Below are positions 14,773 to 24,769 of a DNA stretch of 64,000 nt, in pieces (position 1 is the stretch's first letter; each line of letters starts with the position of its first letter). The translations under genes were made by a program, and so were the position numbers. Location: positions 118,730,001-118,794,000 of the forward strand of contig OX597814.1 of the NCBI GenBank assembly GCA_951406725.2, given 5' to 3'. The notes under the pieces are model-generated. The model was not told the DNA's origin. It saw nothing but the letters and a program-made list of their open reading frames with translations, and made no database searches. Source of the DNA: Octopus vulgaris (Eukaryota).

Positions 14773-15957
14773 CTATACATATTCCATGATAGTTTTCAAT
14801 TCTCTAAAGTCTATCACTGAGCCCTCAGGCAGCCGCTCTCTCACTCGAACACTCGTGTAAAATGTTACACTCTCACCGGCAGCTCTGAGGAACTCAGCGA
14901 CTCTTTCTTCGGGGATTAGAGCAGTCTCCTGCCACTGATCGGTCATCCTGTCGACCCACACATGTCCCTCCGTATTACTTGTCAAATCCTTCATTTCAGG
15001 GCAGAAATGGAAGGTTACTAACTTGTAGAAGCAGTAATCTTGTTTCCGTCCTACGTTTTCCTTCATTTTTCTTTTCGGGCTTATTTCTTCCTTGTTCTCC
15101 TCTCTTTGTTTCTCTCTTTCTCTCTTTTTGCCTTCTTTTCTTTCTCCTTCCTTCTCTTGTCTTTTTGGTTCTTTGTCTGTTCTCTCTTTCTCTCGTGTTT
15201 TATGTTCCTTTTCTTTTTCTTTTTGTGTGCCGTCTTTTCTTTTCGTTTGATTCTGATCTCTCTCTTGTTTTTTTCCTGTTGTTTCTTTTTCCTTTTTTTT
15301 TTCCTGACTCTGTTTTGGTTCTATTTCTTTCTTTTCTTTTATTTCTTTTTCCTTCATTGACTTATTATTTCCTTTCTCTTGTTGTTTTGTTTCCTTTTCT
15401 ATGTTTTCTTTTTCATTTACCGTATTCTTCTTTTCTTCGAGTTCCTGCTCGCACTCCGCTACGAATTCGTATAACGGGCACTCTTTTTTAATGTGCCCCC
15501 TTGTCCCGCACAAGTAGCAGTTTGGCTTTCTTCCCTCTACAATTACACTGAGGGTTTTCTCATCTTCAATTTCTATTCTGTAGGGGAACCTTTCAATGTC
15601 CTCTTTTGTGGCCATCAAACACAGTTCTACCCCATATCCTCTCCAGTTTATCGCGTTGGACTCCTTAAAGGATTCCACCTCCACTTCCTCTTCTGCTGCT
15701 CCTAGAATAGCTGTTGCCAGCCATTCTGTTTTTACTTCTGGGGGTATATTCGGGATTTTAACCCGGACCCCTCTTCTTCCCTTGTATGAGGGCCACATTA
15801 TAAATGTTTCCGCTCTTAGTACAGTGGTAGCCAGTGAGGCTGCAATTTCTTCCGTTGCACATCTCACCTCCACCGTACCAAATTTCTTGCCTCTACTCAC
15901 GTAGGTCGATTTCCCCATTATGTCTCCCAGACATTTTTCGATTTCTGCTATCTCCAC
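14773..15957 (-). CDS. ORF1/gag-like nucleic-acid-binding protein, unit 1 (394 aa from GTG; likely true start is the ATG at 16178, one frame off)
   Basis: CX2CX4HX4C knuckle CYLCGTRGHIKKEC preceded by VIVEGRKPN and an RRM-like region (VRVKIPNIPPEV), then a long K/E-rich tract; L1/Tx1-type ORF1 architecture. Confidence 0.8.
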   Translation of the reverse strand: MEIAEIEKCLGDIMGKSTYVSRGKKFGTVEVRCATEEIAASLATTVLRAETFIMWPSYKGRRGVRVKIPNIPPEVKTEWLATAILGAAEEEVEVESFKESNAINWRGYGVELCLMATKEDIERFPYRIEIEDEKTLSVIVEGRKPNCYLCGTRGHIKKECPLYEFVAECEQELEEKKNTVNEKENIEKETKQQEKGNNKSMKEKEIKEKKEIEPKQSQEKKKEKETTGKKQERDQNQTKRKDGTQKEKEKEHKTREKERTDKEPKRQEKEGERKEGKKREREKQREENKEEISPKRKMKENVGRKQDYCFYKLVTFHFCPEMKDLTSNTEGHVWVDRMTDQWQETALIPEERVAEFLRAAGESVTFYTSVRVRERLPEGSVIDFRELKTIMEYV

Positions 15958-16558
15958 TCTTGCCAGTTTCTTTGTATTTTTGTCTTGTGTTCTATATGTT
16001 ACAGTCTTGTTTTCTTTGTCCTCTTTTGCTTTCGCGGGGGGATTAGCTTCACGCTATCACCCTCCCTTTTTAATAGCTTTTCATATTCTTTGAGTTTACT
16101 CTTCTCAAAGAAAACATCCTTCACGATTATCGACGAATCATTATTTTTCTTTCCCGTGACCCCCGCGTAAGTCGCCATGACTAGAGGGTCAATTCACCTT
16201 CTTCGGAAGGTTTCCACACGTGGAGGCAAACGCCTCGCGCGATAATAATCAATTTACACAACAAAATTTCACTGTCTAGTCACAGATAACAACACACGTG
16301 GGTAAATTTCCTCGCTGTGATTTTATTATTACCCACAAGGGGCGAACATAGAGGGGACAATACAATCGGGGAACTTAAAATAAGAAAGCGAATGACAAGA
16401 AAAGGAAAAAATAAAAGTAAAAAATGACATATGAAAGAATATTTACAATGAGATGTAAATGCCCACTCGATCCCCGGAATCGAGAGGTTACATTTTCGTC
16501 ACATATATTTCACAATATTTTCTTTTTTCTCTTCTTTCTTCTCTCTCTTCTCACAGTT

Positions 16559-17742
16559 CTATACATATTCCATGATAGTTTTCAATTCTCTAAAGTCTAT
16601 CACTGAGCCCTCAGGCAGCCGCTCTCTCACTCGAACACTCGTGTAAAATGTTACACTCTCACCGGCAGCTCTGAGGAACTCAGCGACTCTTTCTTCGGGG
16701 ATTAGAGCAGTCTCCTGCCACTGATCGGTCATCCTGTTGACCCACACATGTCCCTCCGTATTACTTGTCAAGTCCTTCATTTCAGGGCAGAAATGGAAGG
16801 TTACTAACTTGTAGAAGCAGTAATCTTGTTTCCGTCCTACGTTTTCCTTCATTTTTCTTTTCGGGCTTATTTCTTCCTTGTTCTCCTCTCTTTGTTTCTC
16901 TCTTTCTCTCTTTTTGCCTTCTTTTCTTTCTCCTTCCTTCTCTTGTCTTTTTGGTTCTTTGTCTGTTCTCTCTTTCTCTCGTGTTTTATGTTCCTTTTCT
17001 TTTTCTTTTTGTGTGCCGTCTTTTCTTTTCGTTTGATTCTGATCTCTCTCTTGTTTTTTTCCTGTTGTTTCTTTTTCCTTTTTTTTTCCTGACTCTGTTT
17101 TGGTTCTATTTCTTTCTTTTCTTTTATTTCTTTTTCCTTCATTGACTTATTATTTCCTTTCTCTTGTTGTTTTGTTTCCTTTTCTATGTTTTCTTTTTCA
17201 TTTACCGTATTCTTCTTTTCTTCGAGTTCCTGCTCGCACTCCGCTACGAATTCGTATAACGGGCACTCTTTTTTAATGTGCCCCCTTGTCCCGCACAAGT
17301 AGCAGTTTGGCTTTCTTCCCTCTACAATTACACTGAGGGTTTTCTCATCTTCAATTTCTATTCTGTAGGGGAACCTTTCAATGTCCTCTTTTGTGGCCAT
17401 CAAACACAGTTCTACCCCATATCCTCTCCAGTTTATCGCGTTGGACTCCTTAAAGGATTCCACCTCCACTTCCTCTTCTGCTGCTCCTAGAATAGCTGTT
17501 GCCAGCCATTCTGTTTTTACTTCTGGGGGTATATTCGGGATTTTAACCCGGACCCCTCTTCTTCCCTTGTATGAGGGCCACATTATAAATGTTTCCGCTC
17601 TTAGTACAGTGGTAGCCAGTGAGGCTGCAATTTCTTCCGTTGCACATCTCACCTCCACCGTACCAAATTTCTTGCCTCTACTCACGTAGGTCGATTTCCC
17701 CATTATGTCTCCCAGACATTTTTCGATTTCTGCTATCTCCAC
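16559..17742 (-). pseudogene. ORF1/gag-like, unit 2, frameshifted in an A-run
   Basis: ORFs 16867-17742 and 16559-16852 together reproduce the unit 1 protein. Confidence 0.75.
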
Positions 17743-18344
17743 TCTTGCCAGTTTCTTTGTATTTTTGTCTTGTGTTCTATATGTTACAGTCTTGTTTTCT
17801 TTGTCCTCTTTTGCTTTCGCGGGGGGATTAGCTTCACGCTATCACCCTCCCTTTTGAATAGCTTTTCATATTCTTTGAGTTTACTCTTCTCAAAGAAAAC
17901 ATCCTTCACGATTATCGACGAATCATTATTTTTCTTTCCCGTGACCCCCGCGTAAGTCGCCATGACTAGAGGGTCAATTCACCTTCTTCGGAAGGTTTCC
18001 ACACGTGGAGGCAAACGCCTCGCGCGATAATAATCAATTTACACAACAAAATTTCACTGTCTAGTCACAGATAACAACACACGTGGGTAAATTTCCTCGC
18101 TGTGATTTTATTATTACCCACAAGGGGCGAACATAGAGGGGACAATACAATCGGGGAACTTAAAATAAGAAAGCGAATGACAAGAAAAGGAAAAAATAAA
18201 AGTAAAAAATGACATATGAAAGAATATTTACAATGAGATGTAAATGCCCACTCGATCCCCGGAATCGAGAGGTTACATTTTCGTCACATATATTTCACAA
18301 TTTTTTTCTTTTTCTCTTCTTTCTTCTCTCTCTTCTCACAATTC

Positions 18345-19520
18345 TACACATATTCCATGATAGTTTTCAATTCTCTAAAGTCAATCACTGAGCCCTCAGG
18401 CAGCCGCTCTTTCACTCGAACACCGTGTAAAATGTTACACTCTCACCGGCAGCTCTGAGGAACTCAGCGACTCTTTCTTCGGGGATTCAGAGCAGTCTCC
18501 TGCCACTGATCAGTCATCCTGTTGACCCACACATGTCCCTCCATACTACATGTCAATTCCTTCATTTCAGGGCAGAAATGGAAGGTTACTAACTTGTAGT
18601 AATCTTGTTTCCGTCCTACGTTTTCTCTCTTTTTCTTTTCGGGCTTATTTCTTCCTTGTTCTCCTCTCTTTGTTTCTCTCTTTCTCTCTTTTTGCCTTCT
18701 TTTCTTTCTCCTTCCTTCTCTTGTCTTTTTGGTTCTTTGTCTGTTCTCTCTTTCTCTCGTGTTTTATGTTCCTTTTCTTTTTCTTTTTGTGTGCCGTCTT
18801 TTCTTTTCGTTTGATTCTGATCTCTCTCTTGTTTTTTTCCTGTTGTTTCTTTTTCCTTTTTCTTTTCCTGACTCTGTTTTGGTTCTATTTCTTTCTTTTC
18901 TTTTATTTCTTTTTCCTTCGTTGACTTATTATTTCCTTTCTCTTGTTGTTTTGTTTCCTTTTCTATGTTTTCTTTTTCATTTACCGTATTCTTCTTTTCT
19001 TCGAGTTCCTGCTCGCACTCCGCTATGAATTCATATAACGGGCACTCTTTTTTAATGTGCCCCCTTGTCCCGCACAAGTAGCAGTTTGGCTTTCTTCCTC
19101 TACAATTACACTGAGGGTTTTCTCATCTTCGATTTCTATTCTATAGGGGAACCTTTCAATGTCCTCTTTTGTGGCCATCAAACACAGTTCTACCCCATAT
19201 CCTCTCCAATTTACTGCGTTGGACTCCTTAAAGGATTCCACCTCCACTTCCTCTTCTGCTGCTCCTAGAATAGCTGTTGCCAGCCATTCTGTTTTTACTT
19301 CTGGGGGTATATTCGGGATTTTAACCCGGACCCCTCTTCTTCCCTTGTATGAGGGCCACATTATAAATGTTTCCGCTCTTAGAACAGTGGTAGCCAGTGA
19401 GGCTGCAATTTCTTCCGTTGCACATCTCACCTCCACCGTACCAAATTTTTTTCCTCTACTCACGTAGGTCGATTTATCCATTATGTCTCCCAGACATTTT
19501 TCGATCTCTGCTATCTCCAC
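18345..19520 (-). pseudogene. ORF1/gag-like, unit 3, several frameshifts
   Basis: ORFs 19023-19520 and 18616-19077 plus a broken C-terminus. Confidence 0.75.
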
Positions 19521-20125
19521 TCTTGCCAGTTTCTTTGTACTTTTGTCCTTGGGTTCTATATGTTACAGTTTTGTTTTCTTTGTCCTCTTTTGCTTTCGCG
19601 GGGGGATTAGCTTCACGCTATCACCCTCCCTTTTGAATAGCTTTTCATATTCTTTGATTTTACTTTTCTCAAAGAAAACATCCTTCACGATTATTCGACG
19701 AATCATTATTTTTCTTTCCCGTGACCCCCGCGTAAGTCGCCATGACTAGAGGGTCAATTCACCTTCTTCGGAAGGTTTCCAAACGTGGAGGCAAACGCCT
19801 CGCGCGATATTAATCACTTTACACAACAAAATTTCAACTGTCTAATCACAGATAACAACACACGTGGGTAAATTTCCTCGCTGTGATTTTATTACTACCC
19901 ACAAGGGGCGAACATAGAGGGGACAATACAATCGGGGAACTTAAAATAAGAAAGCGAAATGACAAGAAGGGAAAAAATAAAAATAAAAATGACAAATGAA
20001 AGAATATTTACAATGAGATGCAAATGCCCACTCGATCCCCGGAATCGAGAGGTTACATTTTCGTCACATATAGTTCACAATTTTTTTTCTTTTTTCTCTT
20101 CTTTCTTCTCTCTCCTCTCACAATC

Positions 20126-21303
20126 TCACACGTATTCCATAATACTTTTCAAGTCTCTAAAGTCAATCACTGAGCCCTCAGGCAGCCGCTCTTTCACTCG
20201 AACACCCGTGTAAAAAATTACACTCTCTCCAGCTGCTCTGAGGAACTCAGCGACTCTTTCTTCGGGGATCAGAGCAGTCTCCTGCCACTGATCAGTCATC
20301 CTGTTGACCCACACATGTCCCTCCATACTACATGTCAATTCCTTCATTTCGGGGCTGAAATGGAAGGTTATTAACTTGTAGTAATCTTGCTTCCGTCCTA
20401 CGTTTTCTCTCGTTTTTCTTTTCGGGCTTATTTCTTCCTTGTTCTCCTCTCTTTGTTTCTCTCTTTCTCTCTTTTTGCCTTCTTTTCTTTCTTCTTCCTT
20501 CTCTTGTCTTTTTGGTTCTTTGTCTGTTCTCTCTTTCTCTCGTGTTTTATGTTCCTTTTCTTTTTCTTTTGTGTGCCGTCTTTTCTTTTCGTTTGGTTCT
20601 GTTCTCTCTCTTGTTTTTTTCCTGTTATTTCTTTTTCCTTTTTCTTTTCCTGACTCTGTTTTGGTTCTATTTCTTTCTTTTCTTTTATTTCTTTTTCCTT
20701 CGTTGACTTATTATTTCCTTTCTCTTGTTGTTTTGTCTCCTTTTCTATGTTTTCTTTTTCATTTACCGTATTCTTCTTTTCTTCAGTTTCCTTCTCATAC
20801 TCCGCCATGAATTCATATAACGGGCACTCTTTTTTAATGTGCCCCCTTGTCCCGCACAAGTAGCAGTTTGGCTTTCTTCCCTCTACAATTACACTGAGGG
20901 TTTTCTCGTCTTCGATTTCTATTCTATAGGGGAACCTTTCAATGTCCTCTTTTGTGGCCATCAAACACAGTTCTACCCCATATCCTCTCCAATTTACTGC
21001 GTTGGACTCCTTAAAGGATTCCACCTCCACTTCCTCTTCTGTTGCTCCTAGAATAGCTGTTGCCAGCCATTCTGTTTTTACTTCTGGGGGTATATTCGGG
21101 ATTTTAACCCGGACCCCTCTTCTTCCCTTGTATGAGGGCCACATTATAAATGATTCCGCTCTTAGAACAGTGGTAGCCAGTGAGGCTGCAATTTCTTCCG
21201 TTGCACATCTCACCTCCACCGTACCAAATTTTTTTCCTCTACTCACGTAGGTCGATTTATCCATTATGTCTCCCAGACATTTTTCGATCTCTGCTATCTC
21301 CAC
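20126..21303 (-). pseudogene. ORF1/gag-like, unit 4, frameshifted in an A-run
   Basis: ORFs 20428-21303 and 20126-20347 match the unit 5 protein. Confidence 0.75.
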
Positions 21304-21907
21304 TCTTGCCAGTTTCTTTGTACTTTTATCCTGGGTTCTATACGTTACAGTTTTGTTTTCCTTGTCCTCCTTTGCTTTCGCGGGGGGATTAGCTTCACGC
21401 TATCACCCTCCCTTTTGAATAGCTTTTCATATTCTTTGATTTTACTTTTCTCAAAGAAAACATCCTTCACGATTATTGCCGAATCATTATTATTCTTTCC
21501 CGTGACCCCCGCGTAAGTCGCCATGACTAGAGGGTCAATTCACCTTCTTCTGAAGGTTTCCAAACGTGGAGGCAAACGCCTCGCGCGATATTAATCACTT
21601 TACACAACAAAATTTCAATGTCTAATCACAGATAACAACACACGTGGGTAAATTTCCTCGCTGTGATTTTATTACTACCCACAAGGGGCGAACATAGAGG
21701 GGACAATACAATCGGGGAACTTAAAATAAGAAAGCGAAATGACAAGAAGGGAAAAAATAAAAATAAAAATGACAAATGAAAGAATATTTACAATGAGATG
21801 CAAATGCCCACTCGATCCCCGGAATCGAGAGGTTACATTTTCGTCACATATAGTTCACAATTTTTTTTTTCTTTTTTCTCTTCTTTCTTCTCTCTCCTCT
21901 CACAATC

Positions 21908-23086
21908 TCACACGTATTCCATAATACTTTTCAAGTCTCTAAAGTCAATCACTGAGCCCTCAGGCAGCCGCTCTTTCACTCGAACACCCGTGTAAAAAAT
22001 TACACTCTCTCCAGCTGCTCTGAGGAACTCAGCGACTCTTTCTTCGGGGATCAGAGCAGTCTCCTGCCACTGATCAGTCATCCTGTTGACCCACACATGT
22101 CCCTCCATACTACATGTCAATTCCTTCATTTCGGGGCTGAAATGGAAGGTTATTAACTTGTAGTAATCTTGCTTCCGTCCCACGTTTTCTCTCGTTTTTC
22201 TTTTCGGGCTTATTTCTTCCTTGTTCTCCTCTCTTTGTTTCTCTCTTTCTCTCTTTTTGCCTTCTTTTCTTTCTTCTTCCTTCTCTTGTCTTTTTGGTTC
22301 TTTGTCTGTTCTCTCTTTCTCTCGTGTTTTATGTTCCTTTTCTTTTTCTTTTTGTGTGCCGTCTTTTCTTTTCGTTTGGTTCTGTTCTCTCTCTTGTTTT
22401 TTTCCTGTTATTTCTTTTTCCTTTTTCTTTTCCTGACTCTGTTTTGGTTCTATTTCTTTCTTTTCTTTTATTTCTTTTTCCTTCGTTGACTTATTATTTC
22501 CTTTCTCTTGTTGTTTTGTCTCCTTTTCTATGTTTTCTTTTTCATTTACCGTATTCTTCTTTTCTTCAGTTTCCTTCTCATACTCCGCCATGAATTCATA
22601 TAACGGGCACTCTTTTTTAATGTGCCCCCTTGTCCCGCACAAGTAGCAGTTTGGCTTTCTTCCCTCTACAATTACACTGAGGGTTTTCTCGTCTTCGATT
22701 TCTATTCTATAGGGGAACCTTTCAATGTCCTCTTTTGTGGCCATCAAACACAGTTCTACCCCATACCCTCTCCAATTTACTGCGTTGGACTCCTTAAAGG
22801 ATTCCACCTCCACTTCCTCTTCTGCTGCTCCTAGAATAGCTGTTGCCAGCCATTCTGTTTTTACTTCTGGGGGTATATTCGGGATTTTAACCCGGACCCC
22901 TCTTCTTCCCTTGTATGAGGGCCACATTATAAATGATTCCGCTCTTAGAACAGTGGTAGCCAGTGAGGCTGCAATTTCTTCCGTTGCACATCTCACCTCC
23001 ACCGTACCAAATTTTTTTCCTCTACTCACGTAGGTCGATTTATCCATTATGTCTCCCAGACATTTTTCGATCTCTGCTATCTCCAC
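21908..23086 (-). CDS. ORF1/gag-like nucleic-acid-binding protein, unit 5 (392 aa from GTG)
   Basis: Uninterrupted ORF with the same CCHC knuckle; variant of the unit 1 protein. Confidence 0.8.
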   Translation of the reverse strand: MEIAEIEKCLGDIMDKSTYVSRGKKFGTVEVRCATEEIAASLATTVLRAESFIMWPSYKGRRGVRVKIPNIPPEVKTEWLATAILGAAEEEVEVESFKESNAVNWRGYGVELCLMATKEDIERFPYRIEIEDEKTLSVIVEGRKPNCYLCGTRGHIKKECPLYEFMAEYEKETEEKKNTVNEKENIEKETKQQEKGNNKSTKEKEIKEKKEIEPKQSQEKKKEKEITGKKQEREQNQTKRKDGTQKEKEKEHKTREKERTDKEPKRQEKEEERKEGKKREREKQREENKEEISPKRKTRENVGRKQDYYKLITFHFSPEMKELTCSMEGHVWVNRMTDQWQETALIPEERVAEFLRAAGESVIFYTGVRVKERLPEGSVIDFRDLKSIMEYV

Positions 23087-23448
23087 TCTTGCCAGTTTCT
23101 TTGTACTTTTGTCCTGGGTTCTATACGTTACAGTTTTGTTTTCCTTGTCCTCCTTTGCTTTCGCGGGGGGATTAGCTTCACGCTATCACCCTCCCTTTTG
23201 AATAGCTTTTCATATTCTTTGATTTTACTTTTCTCAAAGAAAACATCCTTCACGATTATCGACGAATCATTATTTTTCTTTCCCGTGACCCCCGCGTAAG
23301 TCGCCATGACTAGAGGGTCAATTCACCTTCTTCTGAAGGTTTCCAAACGTGGAGGCAAACGCCTCGCGCGATATTAATCACTTTACACAACAAAATTTCA
23401 ACTTCTAATCACAGATAACAACACACGTGGGTAAATTTCCTCGCTGTG

Positions 23449-23530
23449 CTCAAATCTTCTTTCTTCTCTACATTGTATACTTTATAGACAATAGTCTTTT
23501 CTTTAATTTTCTTTAATTACTTCCATTTCT
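23449..23530 (-). pseudogene. Decayed ORF1/gag homologue, 5' half (continues across the array into 14528)
   Basis: Minus strand reads IKEKTIVYKSIQCREERRFEH and joins in frame through CACA to MEESTFEKCLG; compare the array's ENKTVTYRTQDKNTKKLARVEIAEIEKCLG. Confidence 0.65.
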
Positions 23531-23769
23531 GCACGCTAATTTTATTTTTAATTTATTCTCATTCATGTGAAAACACTTATTCAAGTTCAAATCATTGATG
23601 CAATTTTATACCAATTGCTATTTTTACTTTTGTTATGTTACTTTAGTTTGATTTTAATTATTACTTACTACATATAATTCAATTGTTATTATTATTTTTC
23701 TTGTTAAAGTGAAAGTATCTGACATAAAATAGAGAAACTTTTTTGTTTCACGTTTAACACGTAATACTG

Positions 23770-23972
23770 AAATAGTGGAGAAGATATGATGTTGCTATGG
23801 TCTCGCTCTAGGCAAGAAGTTGAATAATTCTTTTTTTGCCCATGAAACTACATGGACCCTAAGTAAGGCATGTGTAAAATTTGAATGGAATTGGTTGTGT
23901 AGTTCTCAAGTTTTAGGGAATTGTAGCGGAGAAGATATGATATTGCTGTGGGCTCGCGCTAGGCAAAAATTC
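23770..23972. repeat. Direct repeat (GGAGAAGATATGATnTTGCT...CTAGGCAA twice) with a non-autonomous Helitron-like internal segment
   Basis: Repeats at 23773-23820 and 23923-23970; the intervening AAAATTTGAATGGAATTGGTTGTGTAGTTCTCAAG resembles motifs common in non-autonomous Helitrons (inference). Confidence 0.4.
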
Positions 23973-24769
23973 AAATTATAGAGGTTTTCCATTAATACAA
24001 AACTTTTCATATCAAGTGGCAACATTATAGAGAAGGTAGATATATAGACAAAAATTTGGATTTAAGTTTTAAGAACATTTGAGGTAGTGGAGCCCATCAA
24101 CTGACTGACTAAGATTCAGTTGTTCCAGACTACTGTAAGGTTCTGAGAGGGAAGAACAAATGAAAAGAGACAATAAAGATTTTCTAATTATAGAATTGGG
24201 GTAAAGGGGATGTCAGGGCTCCATATAAGGAATTTATGTAGAAAACAGCATCGTCACAACTAAATGCCAATTACTACTATTTGATGGACAGATTCGGCGT
24301 TAGGGGAACTAGGTCAATGTCAAGTGGTCACAATATCATTCACAGAGAATGCAGAGACATTACAAACCCTATGCACATCATTACAACAGTTGGTCTATAA
24401 GTTCCAAGTTCTTTGACACGTTAGAATAAAGGAAAAAATATAAATCTAAAACGTATTCAATTTGGAGAAAAAGACTATCACTTATTATGAGTAGGCATAG
24501 TACTTATTAACTGGGGGGAAAAGCCTTATTAATCAAGTGAACATATTAGGGGTCAAAATATATATTAAGAAAGATGGAAGAGGGAAAATCAAAGGAGGAA
24601 GATATTCATAGGTTTAGTAGAAGGTGATATTTTATAATATGAAGAGAGATAATTTAGAAGAGTAAATTATTCAAATTTTATGGATAGTGAGTTGATATTA
24701 ACGAATTAAAATATAGGATCTGTTGGAAATAAAATTTACTACCTGCGGATAAAAGTTAATGAGGAAAAA

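Larger units (their letters stand above)
14529..23448 (-). mobile_element. Head-to-tail array of five ~1.78-kb ORF1-only non-autonomous retroelement units
   Basis: TGTG junctions at 14529, 16316, 18101, 19882, 21662 and 23445 (periods 1787, 1785, 1781, 1780, 1783). Each unit has a 5' UTR, one gag-knuckle ORF and a 3' UTR ending AATAATAAAAT or AGTAATAAAAT; no RT or endonuclease. Confidence 0.9.

Noticed and set aside
14979-23175. Numerous F/L/S-rich plus-strand ORFs repeated in each unit
   Set aside because: Antisense shadows of the purine-rich K/E-coding strand; no independent motifs.
14529-23448. Array as an LTR retrotransposon, a CRISPR-like array or a tandem host gene family
   Set aside because: No LTRs, PBS or pol; no short repeat-spacer structure; intronless units with exact element-like ends interrupting another sequence and a SINE-shared tail favour a non-LTR-derived element.
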